Source: the human T2T-CHM13v2.0 reference genome, Homo sapiens. From it: DNA of 64,000 bases. The first letter of the stretch is position 1; each line of letters opens with the position of its first letter. Of this stretch, positions 1-13,839 are shown piece after piece. A program made the position numbers and the translations under genes. Under the pieces are notes generated by a model that did no database searches, was not told the origin of the DNA, and worked only from the letters and a program-made list of their open reading frames with translations. The stretch lies in assembly GCF_009914755.1 (NCBI RefSeq), contig NC_060925.1. One strand, written 5' to 3'.

Positions 1-152
1 TCTACCTCATGACCAACCTCTGTCTTAATTCTCTGCAGAGTGCTTATCAATGGCTGATTGCATTTGTTTGCTTTTGTTTCTCTGTCCATGACAGCAAGGA
101 CCTTGATTGTCTTATTTATCACTACTTCTCTCATATCAAAAATCCCTCCATA

Positions 153-460
153 GTCCTGGCTCAGCAGCTCTTGCCTATAATCCCAGCACTTTGGGAGGCT
201 GGGAAAGGAGGATTGCTTGAGGCTAGGAGTTTGAGACCAGCAACATAGCAAGACCCCATTAAAATAAAATAAAATAAAAATTAGCCAGGTGAGGTGATGT
301 GTGTCTGTAGTCCCAGCTACTGAGTGGGGCTGGGGTGGGAAAACCACTAGAGCCTGGGAGGTTGAGGCTGCAGTAAGCCCTGATCACAACGCTGCATTCC
401 AGCCTGGGTGACAAAGCGAGACCCTATCCCCCCCACCAACAAAAAACAAACAAAAATAAA
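153..460 (+). mobile_element. Alu SINE (AluJ-like)
   Basis: Dimeric Alu body (cctataatcccagcactttgggagg...gaggctgcagtaagc...), A-rich linker and tail, high divergence. Confidence 0.93.
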
Positions 461-564
461 AACTCCCCCTATAAACACACATTAAATAAATGAACAGCCC
501 TGCCCCCTCCCACTCAGAGGCCCACCCCCTTCAATTGCGAACTTGGTCCCATCAGTCAGGTACC

Positions 565-790
565 ATTCAGATGTGATCTCCACACAGGGGCCTCCACCTC
601 CCTCATCCCGAGTAATCCCTCCTCCCCCAACTCACTTATTTCCTTCATGCCCTTTATGGCAATATAAAATTATCTCATGTATTTGTGTTTACTTGTTCGT
701 TATCTGCTTTCTCCTGTGAATGTAAACTATATCTTTCCTTGTCCCAGGGGAGATCACTTCCAGACTTTAAGTAGGTGCTCAATAACCTTT
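565..790 (+). mobile_element. L2 LINE 3' end relic
   Basis: tgaatgtaaact...taagtaggtgctcaataa matches the L2 3' terminus. Confidence 0.6.
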
Positions 791-1399
791 TGTGGCCGGA
801 ATAAACAGCAAGGGAGAAAATGAATCTCCAGGGCTCTGGAAACAGTGGGCATAAGAAGATAAAGAAAGAATCCTAGTTGATTTCAGAGTAATTCTGTGAG
901 GTAAACAGGGTGGTTTTTTCTACCATGGCTGTTGAGAGATGAGGAAGGCAAAGTTTACAATGTTGTGACCTCATCAAAATAGCTTGTCTGGTGAAGTCCA
1001 CATTTGAACTTGAGTCTGATTCCTTTTCCAGTTCCTTTTCTTCTGAATCATGCAGCTTTCCTGTTCAAACTCATCTGCATAGATACTAAAAGTATCAGCA
1101 ATCTCCTCTCTGCAAATCGCTCCAAATTCTCGCAAGGTGGAGCCCGGCTGTTTGAGAAGCCATCACTGAATCTCCTGATGTGTTGACCCTCACAGTGCTG
1201 CAGTTATATCGCTTTCATGAGGCACCAGCAACCAATAGCAGCTTGGCATTGTAAAAGTTTCTCCGTGCCTTCATGCTACAGCCAGGCCTCTGGTTTCTCT
1301 CTTTCTCTCAATTATTACCTTAACCATGCCCTGGAGACCTAAGGAGCCGGTTTATTTTGACTGGGAGATTGTTAAACTGCAGGAGGCAAACCAGAGACA

Positions 1400-1630
1400 G
1401 TGCCAGGCTGTGATTTCCATTGCTCCACATGGCCAGGGGGTGCTGAGAATAGCCAAGGCCGCTTCCTGCTGGAGGAGGAAATGGCAGTTTCCTCAACTCC
1501 AGGAAACCTTACTTCCTCTCTGGTGCCTAGCTCCGTGTTAACCAATTAGACAGCTTCTTCCCACCCCAGACCCCAGAGACCTGGCCCAAGCCTGGAGAAG
1601 ACATCCTGTTTCCCCTGAGGAAGTGGCCCA
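1400..1630. promoter_or_regulatory. Candidate enhancer/promoter: ETS (PU.1/FLI1-type) cluster with a GFI1 site
   Basis: Seven GGA(A/T) ETS-type cores in about 170 bp, including ACTTCCTCT 1511-1519, ACATCCTGT 1601-1609 and TGAGGAAGTG 1616-1625; GCTGTGATTT (GFI1, reverse complement AAATCACAGC) 1407-1416; non-repeat sequence. Confidence 0.55.
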
Positions 1631-2034
1631 GATTGAAGGAGCCACTAGGGTATTTGAGGGGGGAGTGAGTAGGAAATAGGGCAGGAAGGGGCTGACAAGT
1701 AGTAATAACAGTGGTATCCAGTGTCCGCTAAGAACCGCGCCCCCACTGCCACCCCCACTGCTTTGTCCTGACCCTTGGAGATCTCAATAAACTTGGCAAA
1801 CTCTTACTGGCCTTTGGAGTCCAAAGTCTTCCCATGATCCCATCTCATCCTCAAGCTGGCTCCTCCATCCACCATCTCTCTTCTGTATACCATCCCAGTC
1901 CAAAAAACAATGCCGGCCCTTTCTTGGTTTCTACAGAAAACAGGCTCACACCACACATTCCAGGAGTTTAGAAACGTTGCTGAGCACTAAATGGGCACCA
2001 GGCACCATCACATTGCCTGGCAAATATCCTCATG

Positions 2035-2265
2035 GAGACAGCTCTGGAGCCAGACTTCCTGGGTTCGAATCCTGCTTCATATCCTCTGTCCCCAGCTAGC
2101 TATGCCTTGTCAGGTGCGTCATTTAACTCCTCTGGGTCTCAGTTTTTCCTCTATTTCCCTCTATCTATGGGAATAGTGGTAACTAGCCCTTCAGGGTTAT
2201 AGGAATATGCAATGAGACAAAGCCCTGGGCTTGTAGCTCAGTACTCAGTGATGGCCATTATTGTT
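2035..2265 (+). mobile_element. MIR SINE
   Basis: gctctggagccagacttcctgggttcgaatcc...ctcagtttttcctc, the MIR 5' region and core. Confidence 0.8.
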
Positions 2266-2567
2266 TTACTCTGCTTCCTCCTCCGTTTCAGAAGCAGGGA
2301 AAAAAAACCCACAAAACCCTTTCCTTGTCTCTTGAAGAATAATAGTACCCTTTCAGGGGAAGGGTACTAATGAAATAATTTATTATCTCATTTTTTAAAA
2401 TAAACTTCATATCTTAGAATAGTTTTAGAGTCACAGGAAAAATTGCAGAGGTAACAGAGAATTCCCAGATACTTCACACCCAGTTTCCCCAAATCTTAAC
2501 ATCGTGTGTGAATGCGGTACATTAGTTAAAATTAATGAACCAATATTAATATACTATAATTAACTAA

Positions 2568-2961
<394 letters not shown>

Positions 2962-3522
2962 ATTTCTCTTCCCAGATCCCACCCAAGATACCACATTATA
3001 TTTAGTCATTAAGTCTCTTCAGGATCCTCTGGCCTGTGACAGCTCCTTGTTTTCATGACCTTGACAGTTTTGTGGAGTATTGGCCAGGTGTTATGAAGAG
3101 TGTCTCTCAATTAGGTTTTGTCTCATGTTTTTCTTTTGACTAGATAGACTGGGTCTGGGGCTGAAATGAAGAACACCACAGAGGTGACATTTTGGTACAT
3201 ACTATAGACATGACTTATCACTGCTTATGTTGACCTGATTACCTGGCTTAGGTCATGTTTGTCAGGTTTCTCCACTAACGTTACTTTTTTTTTCCTCCGT
3301 CTATACCGTATTCTTTGGAAGGAGGTCACTATGCACAACACACATTTAAGGATTAGGGAGTTATACTCCATCTCCCACAGGGTAGAATATCTATGTAAAT
3401 GATTTGAAATTCTGCTGCACAAAAAAATTGTATACTCTCCCCTATTAGTCTCTTTAATTATCTATTTATATCAGTATGGACTCATAGGTATTTATTTTAT
3501 ACTTTGTATTATAATGCTACAT

Positions 3523-3534
3523 TACTACTACTAC

Positions 3535-3580
<46 letters not shown>

Positions 3581-3865
3581 TGGAGACAAGGTCTTGCTCT
3601 GTAGCCCAGGCTAGAGTTCAGTGGTGCGATCTCAGCTCACTGCAATCTCTGCTTTCTGGGCTCAAGCAATCCTCCCATCTCAGCTCTGCCAAGTAGCTGG
3701 GACTACAGGGATACACCATGATGCTCAGCTAATTTTTAAATTTTTTGTAGAGATGAGGTCTCACTATATTGCCCAGGCTAGTATCAATCTCCTGGGTTCA
3801 AGCCATCCTCCTGCCTTGGCCTCCTGAAGTGCTGGGATTACAGGCGTGAGCCACCATGCCCAGCT
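3523..3865 (-). mobile_element. Alu (AluJ-like) with (TAC)n(TAT)n tail
   Basis: Antisense Alu body 3581-3865; trinucleotide tail 3523-3580. Confidence 0.95.
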
Positions 3866-4658
3866 ACCTTATTTATTTTGTTGTTCAAATGTTCCAGCTT
3901 TGGCAATCGGGAGCTCTTTCAATTAGTTATTCCATCACATTGATACACCCATATCATTGTTTTTGTTTTGCTTTGCTTTTGAGAAATTTCTAACTTTCTG
4001 GTACTAGGAGATGCTCTAGGATCGTCTTATAAACGTCTGGCCCCAGTCATAGATTCAGCCATTTCTCCAAGGATTGCTGGTTTCTTGTACTGCACCATAG
4101 TACTGAAAACCAAAATATGGATTCTAGGTATACTTGCAGCTACTGAGATGCCATTGCTTCTAGGCTCTCTCAGCTGACAGAACCAGGAAATATATATGTG
4201 TGTATACTAACCTGTGTATATATCCATGTCTATACATTTTCTATATATAAACATCTGTATCTATATTAAGCTAAACGTGATTCACACTGTACCTCCAACT
4301 CGAACCCATTATCATGTAGATCATTCTAGCTTCCTCCTCTTGCTTATCTATGCACTCCCCTCTAAGAGTAAAAAACCTGGCTTCCACCATCCACCATCTT
4401 TGCATTTATTTGTTCAGTCCCAGCATACCTGTACAGCAGTATCATAATTGTTAACCCATATCCCACAGGAAACAACTTTTCAACTAGAGTGCAGTACTTA
4501 TATACAGTTTCTTTTGCCTTTAATTTTATAGACTCTATTTCCAAAATTACTTAGGTCCACAACAATTTCATCCACCCCATCGCTGTGGTTGTTTTATACA
4601 TTTGTGATACAATTAGATTGTTTTATCACTTTATGCATCTGGTCCTGGGTTCCCTTGA

Positions 4659-4988
<330 letters not shown>

Positions 4989-6388
4989 TAAATGGTTTTT
5001 TAAATTCATTTGAATACAAAAGGTTCACTGTGTGCTGTGAAGTTCTATAAGTTTTCATAAATGCCTGTTGTCATATATCCACAATTGCAGTATCATGCAT
5101 AATGGTTTCACCACTCTAAAAGATTCCCTGTACCTCATCTGTTCAGTACTCCCCCGAATCCCTGACAACTGCTTATCTTTTTACTCCCATTACAGTTTTG
5201 CTGTTTCTAGAATGGCATACACTTGGAATTGTACACTATGCAGCCTTTTCAGACTCTTTCTTCATTTAGCAATACACATTTAAGATTCATTCATATCCTC
5301 TCACAGCTTGATAGCACCTGATGTTTTGAATCATGAAATAGTATTCCATTGTGTATATGTACCACCATTTGTCCACCAATTCACTTATTGAAGGACATTT
5401 TGTTTCGTTGTTTTGTTTTGTTTCAGTTTTTGGCAATTATTAAAATAAAGCTGCTATAAACAATAGTGTGCAAGTTTTTGTTTGAACATTCGTTTTCAAA
5501 TCAGTTGGATAAATACCTAGGAGTATATTGCTAGATCATAGAGAAGGATTAGATTTAGCTTTGTAAGAAACTGCCACACTGTTTTCTCAAGTGGCTATAC
5601 CATTTTGCATTCCCACAAGCAATGAATGAAAGTTCCTATTGCTCCACATCCTCATCAGCATTGAGTATTGTCAGTGTTTTGGATTTTGGCCATTCTAATA
5701 GGTGTGTAGTGATATCTTGTGGTTGTTTTAACTTGCAATTCCCTAACGACAAATTATGTTGATCAACTTTTCACATGATCGTTTCCCTTCTGTACATCTT
5801 ATTTGGTGAGGTGTCTGATTGCACCTTTTGCTCACTTTTTAATTGGATTGTTTGTTTTCTTATTGTTGGGTTGATATGTCTTTTGTATATATTGGATATA
5901 AGTCCTTTCTCAGACATGTGTTTTGCAAATATTTTCTCCCATTCTATGGCTTGCCTTTTGACTGTCTCAATAGTGTCTTTCACAAAGCAGAATTTTTTAA
6001 TGTTAATGAAATCCAAGTTACCAGCTTTTTCTCTCATGCCTTGTACCTTTGGTGTTGTAGCTAATGGCTTATCAGCAAACCTTGAATGATTTTAAATACA
6101 TTATCTTATGGAATTATTATACCACTGCTCTTGGGCAGGGGATGTCATTTTCATTTCATAGAAGAAACAGCTTTCTGTCACATTTATCTCTGCAGGACCT
6201 TGAAACAGGGAAAAAGAGAGAATGGGTAAGCACCAAGAGAGAATATATAGGCAAAAGTAGGCCAAGGCAAACATTAAGAGGCTTCAAAGCTCCCTGTTCA
6301 GCCTTAAAATTCATGAGCATTTGACTATCTCTTCCACTAAATAGCTGTATTTGTTTGAATGTAAATATTATATTATTATTGCCAAGGT

Positions 6389-6426
6389 ACACACACACAC
6401 ACACACAACCACCACCACCACCACCA
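6389..6426. repeat. Compound microsatellite (CA)n-(CCA)n
   Basis: Read directly from the sequence. Confidence 0.9.
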
Positions 6427-8199
6427 ATGTTTTGATAAAACTGGTGCTTCATTAGCAAATGCCATGTTTATTGATTGAGTGACTTTATATCCTCCAGCAG
6501 TGACACACTTCTCTCAGGAATATTTTTACCTCAGTTTGGAAAGCAAACTAGACTGAAGGAAAGGGCAAGGTTGAGCACCTTGTCAAATGTCACACAGCTA
6601 GCAAGTGGCCGACCCAGGATTTGAGTCCTGAGTAAGTACAGTATATCTGCCAGCATACAGTGTCTGTGTCCTTGACCAGACACAGCCTGGCTCAGGGAGG
6701 CTGACACCATCTCCATTTCAAGGAGGCACACTTCTCCCTTCACCATTGACCTGGCCTTCCTCTGGCCTTCACAGCCCCTAGCGTCATACCATATCATTTA
6801 GGCTTCCCTCTCTCTTCAAAGCATGAATTAGGAAAGGGGGGAAAGCAACCCCAGGATCTGTCTGTCACGAATGTGGGAAAGAACCAGCCCTAGGGGGATG
6901 ATAAAGACCTTGAAAAAAACAAACAAAAAAAAAAACGATTTTTCTTTATAATAAAAAACTTTTTATACTCAAACAATTTTTTGCTGAAATAACAATGCAC
7001 ATCACAAAACCTATTGAGGGAATGTATAATTATGCCAAATTAAACTGTAGAAGCGTCTCCCTGGCCATGAGAACCATTTATTTCTTGGTTCAGTTGTGTT
7101 CGATGGCTGGGGCTGGAGTAGCCACTGTTCTAAAAGAAGGAGCTTCTTGAGAGAAAGAGGTCATTCTCTCAGAGGAATGGCCTTTGCCCTCCAGAGCTGG
7201 GATCTGACTGGCTCCTCTAGAAAAAGTGGGAGCTGCAGGCATGTCTCTGTGAGCACCTGACCACAGAGCCTAGCACTGGGCCAAGCAGTCTCTTTGCCCC
7301 CACCCATCTCATCTGGATTGTATGCATTCAGCAAACATGCCCATGTATTGGGCATGAACCCCCCAACTCTACCCTCCTCCTAAGGGCTCAGTGGCCTTAG
7401 AAGTGTTCCGTTTGTCCCACATGCTGTCCTGGAGTCCAAGCCCTAAATTCAAGTCTCTTCTGCAATGATTAATTCTGTGATCTTGCTTGACATCTCTGCA
7501 CCACTTTCCTCCCATCCATCTGTGAAACACGAGAGAGGGGCTTCCAGGTGGGCATGGAACAGGATGCTTTCACCTACATCATTTTAAGGAGATTGCTATT
7601 CTAGCAGAAAAAAATGACAAGGAAGTGACTATATCATCAAGACGAGTCTTTGAAGCTTACTGCAAAATCTTCATGTCCTTTGGCGGCGAATGTTTCCTCT
7701 CAAATGTATGTAAATTTGCTATGCTATGCACAATGTGCTAACTCAGTCAGTGTGGATGCCCTTTCCTTCCCTTTTTTTGCAACTGCTTCAGAGAACCCCA
7801 CCCACTTTTGTATGCCTCACTGCCTGGGACAAGGCAGCTTTACCCTGTGCCCCATTTAAGCCCTGAATCTCAATGCATCTTCAGGGAAACCTTCAGAGTG
7901 ACTGCTGCCATTCACTTTTCAAAGACCCCAAAATGGGGCTCCAAGCCTCAGTCCAATCAGCGTAACTAAGGGAAGGAGCTGGAACAACAAGGATTGTGGG
8001 AGATTAACCAGCTCTCCCACTGAGAGGCCAGGCAACCTATGTTACTAAATCCTTCTACCGGATTAAGCCAGAGCCCACAGATCACCCACAGGCTTGAACA
8101 GATGTGACACAACGGGGCACTTTCTGGGCCTTGGTCCAAGGAAAGAGCTAAAAGTAGATGGTGCATGGGCACAAGGCACTTGTCACTCTCTCCCTTGTA

Positions 8200-8390
8200 G
8201 AGGCAGTGGGCCGTCTCAGAAAGAACATGAGTCAAAAGACCTGGTTAGCCCAGCTTGGCCATGTGCCAGCTGTTTGACCTTGAGTGAGTCACTTCACTGC
8301 TCTGGGCCTCTGTTCCTTCAATGGAAAAATGGAGCTCATCATATGGATTTCACAGTCATGAAGGATTCTGAAATAATCAATCCAAATTTT
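8200..8390 (+). mobile_element. MIR SINE
   Basis: gctgtttgaccttgagtgagtcacttcactgctctgggcctctgttcc core. Confidence 0.7.
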
Positions 8391-8700
8391 ATTTCTTCAA
8401 AGACCATCAAAATGAAACATGAATGGGATTGTCTCTGGCAGGATAAAGGCCTGGCTTTAAGGATGAATCATGTCTGTGGCTTCCCTAACTCCTCCCCTCC
8501 TTCCTCAGTGCTCCTCGGTGCCTTTCACATGCTTCCCCCATAGCACTCTGCTTCAGGAGTTCCTCTCCTGTAATTCGGCTTCTCGGAAACAGGGATTCTG
8601 CAACATTTATCTCTGCTTTCCCACACCTGGCCACACATGGGTTCCTAAATATGTATATCCAACTAAATGCACTTTGTAAATGATGCAACCCTCTGATGAT

Positions 8701-8820
8701 TATCTACAGTCTAGGAGGGGAAATGGAACATATCCATAGATATTAACGTATCTGTCAATATTAGCATATCAATGAGCATATCTATCAAAATATTCCATTT
8801 TCCCTCCTAGACTGTAGATA
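8701..8820. repeat. Long inverted repeat (hairpin) abutting an L2 3' end
   Basis: 8701-8743 pairs with 8778-8820: 38/43 Watson-Crick plus one G-T; the outer 28 bp match 27/28. Confidence 0.95.
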
Positions 8821-9499
8821 CTTTGAGAGCAGGGGTCAGACCTACTTTATCCATGTATCTACCACAGCGCCAAACTAGACACACAGGTAATGTTCAGTCA
8901 GTATATGTGGAAAGCAAGGAGAAAGATGGGTATGTGAAAAGCAAGGAGAAAGATCTGAAGGGGAGAGAAAGAAATAGAAACTCCCCCTCCCCAACAGCAG
9001 CAGCTAACCCAGCCAGTTCACCTACCCACTCAGCCACTGGGCAGACCCATACTCTCACTCCTCTTCCTGAGACCAGAATTGAGATTGTTTTTAGTCTTCC
9101 TGGCCCAAAAGTACAAAATCCACAAGGGCCAGCTATAATTTTTCTTTCCACCAAGATTTTCCTGTATGATGTCTAAAGACTCAACAGTCACCCAAAGGTT
9201 CTGATTGCAACGGATTGTCAGGGTTACAGATCCCCTGTAGAATTTCTCTACTAAGATGGGTGAGAAGAAATCATCTTCCATTTGTTTGCCCTAGACACAA
9301 TGCTGTTTTCAACCCGTTTCTTTGCCCATGTTGTCTCCTTTTGTCTAAGATGCCTTTTTGCAACCTCCAAACCATATCGTCACACTCTACAATTCCTCCC
9401 ACCATCATGCTGACGGCAGCCAATTTGCCCAGCAGACTCATACTTACCCTTCAAGATGCAACTGAAATGGAACCTTACTAGCATAGGAGGTGGTCTGCA

Positions 9500-9750
9500 C
9501 AGGGGGCATACAGAACAGTTGCTAGGAGCCCTGACATTAGAGTTAAATCTCAACACTAGCCCATACAAGTTCTAAGACCTTGGGAAAGTCACTGCCCATT
9601 TCTGAGTCTCAGTTTGCCCATCTGTAAAATGGACAGGATAGCAAGCACCTTCTTCATAGGGTTGTTATTAGGAGTAAATTGGAGAAATGAATGTAAAGGG
9701 CTTGGCAGAGTACTTGGCACGTAGAAAGCTGTGAATAAATGGCAGCTGTA
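9500..9750 (+). mobile_element. MIR SINE
   Basis: gaccttgggaaagtcac...ctcagtttgcccatctgtaaaatgg...ggttgttattagg...tggcacgtagaaagc. Confidence 0.85.
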
Positions 9751-10370
9751 GGTGGGTATGAAATATTCCTTGTCTCCCAGATTGGATTAGGCACCCCTGC
9801 TCCCTACCCCCATGGCACCCTGTGCTTACTCCTGTAGTGGCCATTTATGGAACTGTTTTCATATCTGCTTATACTTGTGACCCTAAGCTATGGGGAACTC
9901 ACAGGCAGGAACTCTCTCTGTCTCATTATCCCCATGGTCCAGTACTAGGGCTGTTTATTGCATGAGTGAATGAATTAGTGGAATGAATAAATACATGAAT
10001 AAATAGAGTGGATGAATATATCTCTAGGCTACATGGAGAGCAGTGCTTACTCTAAGCTCCACCAGGGCTGGAGATGGGGCTGCCAGAGTGGCTTAGGTCT
10101 GAACCATGCCTAGGATGCCACAGGAAGCCCATGAGGCCAAAGACCAGTGGGGACAGTGGGACTTAAAGGTAAATTTTTGTTATGGCTGAGCTTGCCCCTG
10201 TCACCCTCTCCCAAGGCCTGCCAGGTGACTAACAATCAATAAGTATTTGGTTGGAATTCAGAGATGCATTCATTCATCCAACTAATATGTATTGAGCCAG
10301 ACAATGTTCCAGGAAATAGGGCATAACCATGGATAAGATGGGTGTATTTCCAGGAGAGATGAAAGAAAGT

Positions 10371-10839
<469 letters not shown>

Positions 10840-11384
10840 TCAACCAAGTCACTTGGCCTCTCTCTGCCCCTGGGACACATGACTTATACAGGGATGACCT
10901 ATCTGCCCTACCCACCACAAGACCAGATATTCATACTGAGGATGATTGTAGAAAATGCTCTGGAGTCATGGAAAGAGGACAACTTTTTGGCTCTGTGAAC
11001 TCAGATACATCATTCATATCTCCAAAGCTCTACTTATTCAACTGTTAAATGGGGATAGCCATACATGCTTGGTCTACTTTGCAGAGTCACTGGAGGTCTT
11101 AACCTAGACCTTAGAAGGAAAAAAGGCTTTGTAAGAAATAAAGAACACTGACAGTGTAACTGTCTGGTGTAGACCTGTAGTTAATCTACTCACCCCTCAA
11201 TTTCAAAGACTGGCTCTTCCTCAGGTGATTCACTTAGCCTCTCTGATCCTCAGAGTCCTCATCTGAAAAATGGGGATAATAATCATAGCCTAGCACACTC
11301 TGTAGTGTTGTGAGAATTGTATGAAATAATAGATATGGAAACCTTTGTCAATGTTACCATGCTATATAAAGTAAATATGAGGGG

Positions 11385-12104
11385 TGATATGGTTTTGATC
11401 TGTGTTCCCACCCAAGTCTCATGTTGAAATGTAATCCCCAGTGCTGGAGGTGGGGCCTGGTGGAAGATGATTAGATCACGAAGGCAGTTTCTCATGGTTT
11501 AACCCATCTCCCCTCACCTCCCCACCACCCACCCATGTCGTCACCATGACAGTAAGATCTCATGAGATCTGGTTGTTTTAAACTGTGTGGCACCGCCCCC
11601 TCACTGTCTTCCTCACACTCCAGCCAGGTAAGATGCCTTCTCTCGCTTTGCCTTCCACCATGGATTGGAAGCTTCCTGATGCCTCCCCAGAAGCAGAAGC
11701 CACTATGTTTCCTGTACAGCCTGCAGAACCATGAGCCAACTAAACTTCTTTTCTTTATTTTTTATTATCATTTTTTTCAGATGGGGTTCGCTCTGTTGCC
11801 CAGGCTGGAGTGCAGCCTCCACCTCTCGGGTTCAAGAAATTCTCCCACCTCAGCCTCCCAAGTAGCTGGGATTACAGGCACCGACCATCATGCCTGGCTA
11901 TTTTTGGATTTTTAGTAGAGATGGGGTTTCACCATATTGGCCACGCTGGTCTCAAACCCCTGACCTCAGGTGATCCACCCACCTTGGCCTCCCAAAGTGC
12001 TGAGATTACAGGCATGAGCCACCAAGCCTGGCATAAACTTCTTTTCTTTATAAATGAACAAGTCTCAGGTATTTCTTTATAGCATGTGAGAACGGACTAA
12101 TATA
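11385..12104 (+). mobile_element. MaLR solo LTR (MSTA/MSTB-like), split by an Alu
   Basis: Begins tgatatggttttgatctgtg, ends ctcaggtatttctttatagc...ggactaatata. Confidence 0.85.
11758..12033 (-). mobile_element. Alu inserted in the MST LTR, 17-bp TSD
   Basis: TSD taaacttcttttcttta at 11741-11757 and 12034-12050. Confidence 0.95.
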
Positions 12105-12198
12105 GGAGTGATTGTTTATGTCATCATGAAGAATTATGCTCACCATAGTAGATTTGGACTGAAACTCATGTATCTGACTCCCCATGTAGAAAGAAAGG

Positions 12199-12547
12199 TG
12201 CTGTGGTCTGAGTGCTTCTGTGCCTCCAGATTTCACATGTTGAAACTTAATCCCCAGTACAGTGGTGTTGGCAGATGGGATATCTGAGAGGTAATTAGGT
12301 CATGAGGGAGGAGCCCTCGTAAGTGGGATTAGTGCCCATATAAAAGAGGCCTAAGAGAGCTTGTTTGCCCCTTCTGTCATGTGAGGATTCAGCAAGAAGC
12401 CACTATCTATGAAGAACAGACCTTCACCAGTCACTGAATCTATCTGTGCTTTGATCTTAGATTTCGCAGCTTCCAGACTATAAGCAATAAATTTCTGTTG
12501 TTTATAAATTGCCAAGCCTAAGGTATTTTGTTATAGCAGCCTAAATG
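12199..12547 (+). mobile_element. MaLR solo LTR (MLT1A-like)
   Basis: tgctgtggtctgagtg...taattaggtcatgaggg...aataaatttctgttgtttataa...ttgttatagcagcc. Confidence 0.8.
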
Positions 12548-12796
12548 TAGGGAGGCAAAAGGAAAGAACAATTAAGATGGTCTCCATTTATCCCAAATAC
12601 ATGTGGAATCTCACTTGATTCTTGAGGTGACCCATGTATTAAGCAGGAAACAAATTTCTTTCACCATGAGAGAGGAAGGTAGGAGAAAAGATTCTAGGCT
12701 GACACTGTCATACCCACAGTGTGACCTTGGGCAATTTGCTTTTTCTCTGTGAGCCTCATTCTTCCCATATGTCAAATATGGAGCTTAGATTCTAGG

Positions 12797-13255
12797 TAAG
12801 TTAGGCTGCTTATGGCTGCATAAATAAATAAATAATAACCAATAATAATATCTATTATTTCACATAGCTAGTAGTCCAGATGGAGGGGTCCCACGTTGGG
12901 TATTGCAGTGTCTCAAAGGTGTCAGGGTCACACACCACTTTCAGTGTGATTCTTTGATGTGTCAAGATGGCTCCTAAGGCTCCAGACTTCACACCCTCAC
13001 AGTAATGCCCAAAGGCAAGAGGAGGGAAGTGTTGGTCTTGGACTTCTCCTTAAGAAAAGAATAAGGAAAACTTTCCCAAATGTGCCGCTGGTATTTCATG
13101 GTGGTGGGGGAGGTGCTGAGGCAAGAAAGGAACCACAGGCCTCTACCTAAACAAATCAGAGAAAGAGAAAACGAATTACAACAAACAGCAGCAGTGTTCT
13201 GATAAGCAAAAATGTGAAACAGCTGTTGGGTAGGCAACCCTCAGTGTCTAACACA
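12797..13255 (-). mobile_element. Old MaLR LTR (MLT1J/K-like)
   Basis: caagatggct...gctccagacttcacaccctcac...gggtaggcaacc...gtctaacaca. Confidence 0.55.
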
Positions 13256-13542
13256 GACTCCATCTAGGTTCTCTAAAATCCATTCAAGCCTCAAAGTGCA
13301 ATGAGCTGAGATCAGCCGAAAAAGTCATAGACCATCATGGGAGGAACTGAGACACGAACCCCTTCTTCCCACACCCACAGTGTCCAAGTTCTACCCTGTT
13401 CCTATTGGATACAGCAGGGTCTTAGGTGGTGCTGATGAATGATCCAGGAGCTCCACAGCTGTGAATCATTCTCAGACCTGCAGGACACCCACTCAGCCAG
13501 GCTCCACTGCTGGCAGCTTTCTGGATTGTATTTCTAAAAACA

Positions 13543-13839
13543 GCCTCGGGCCAATCACACCTATAATCCAGCACTTTCGGAGGCCAAGGTGAAGGAACAC
13601 TTGAGGCCAGAAATTCCAAACCAGCCTGGGCAACATAGTAGACCCCATCTCTATGAAAAAATAATAAATTCATTGGGTGTGGTGGTGTGCACCTATAGAC
13701 TCAGCTACTTAAGAGGCTATGGAGGGAAAATCGCTCAAGCCCAGGAGCTGAAGGCTGTGGTGAGCTATGATCATGCCACTGCCCTCTAGCCTGAGTGACA
13801 GAATGAGAGTTGGCCTCTTTAAAAAACAACAACAACAAA
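13543..13839 (+). mobile_element. Alu (AluJ-like)
   Basis: Diverged dimer with gaggccagaaattccaaaccagcctgggcaacatag. Confidence 0.9.

Noticed and set aside
2343-2369. 10-bp inverted repeat tagtaccctt/aagggtacta
   Set aside because: A stem this short with a small loop is expected by chance in 64 kb; terminator logic does not apply to mammalian DNA.
3514-3696. Poly-tyrosine ORF
   Set aside because: Translation of the (TAC/TAT)n Alu tail.
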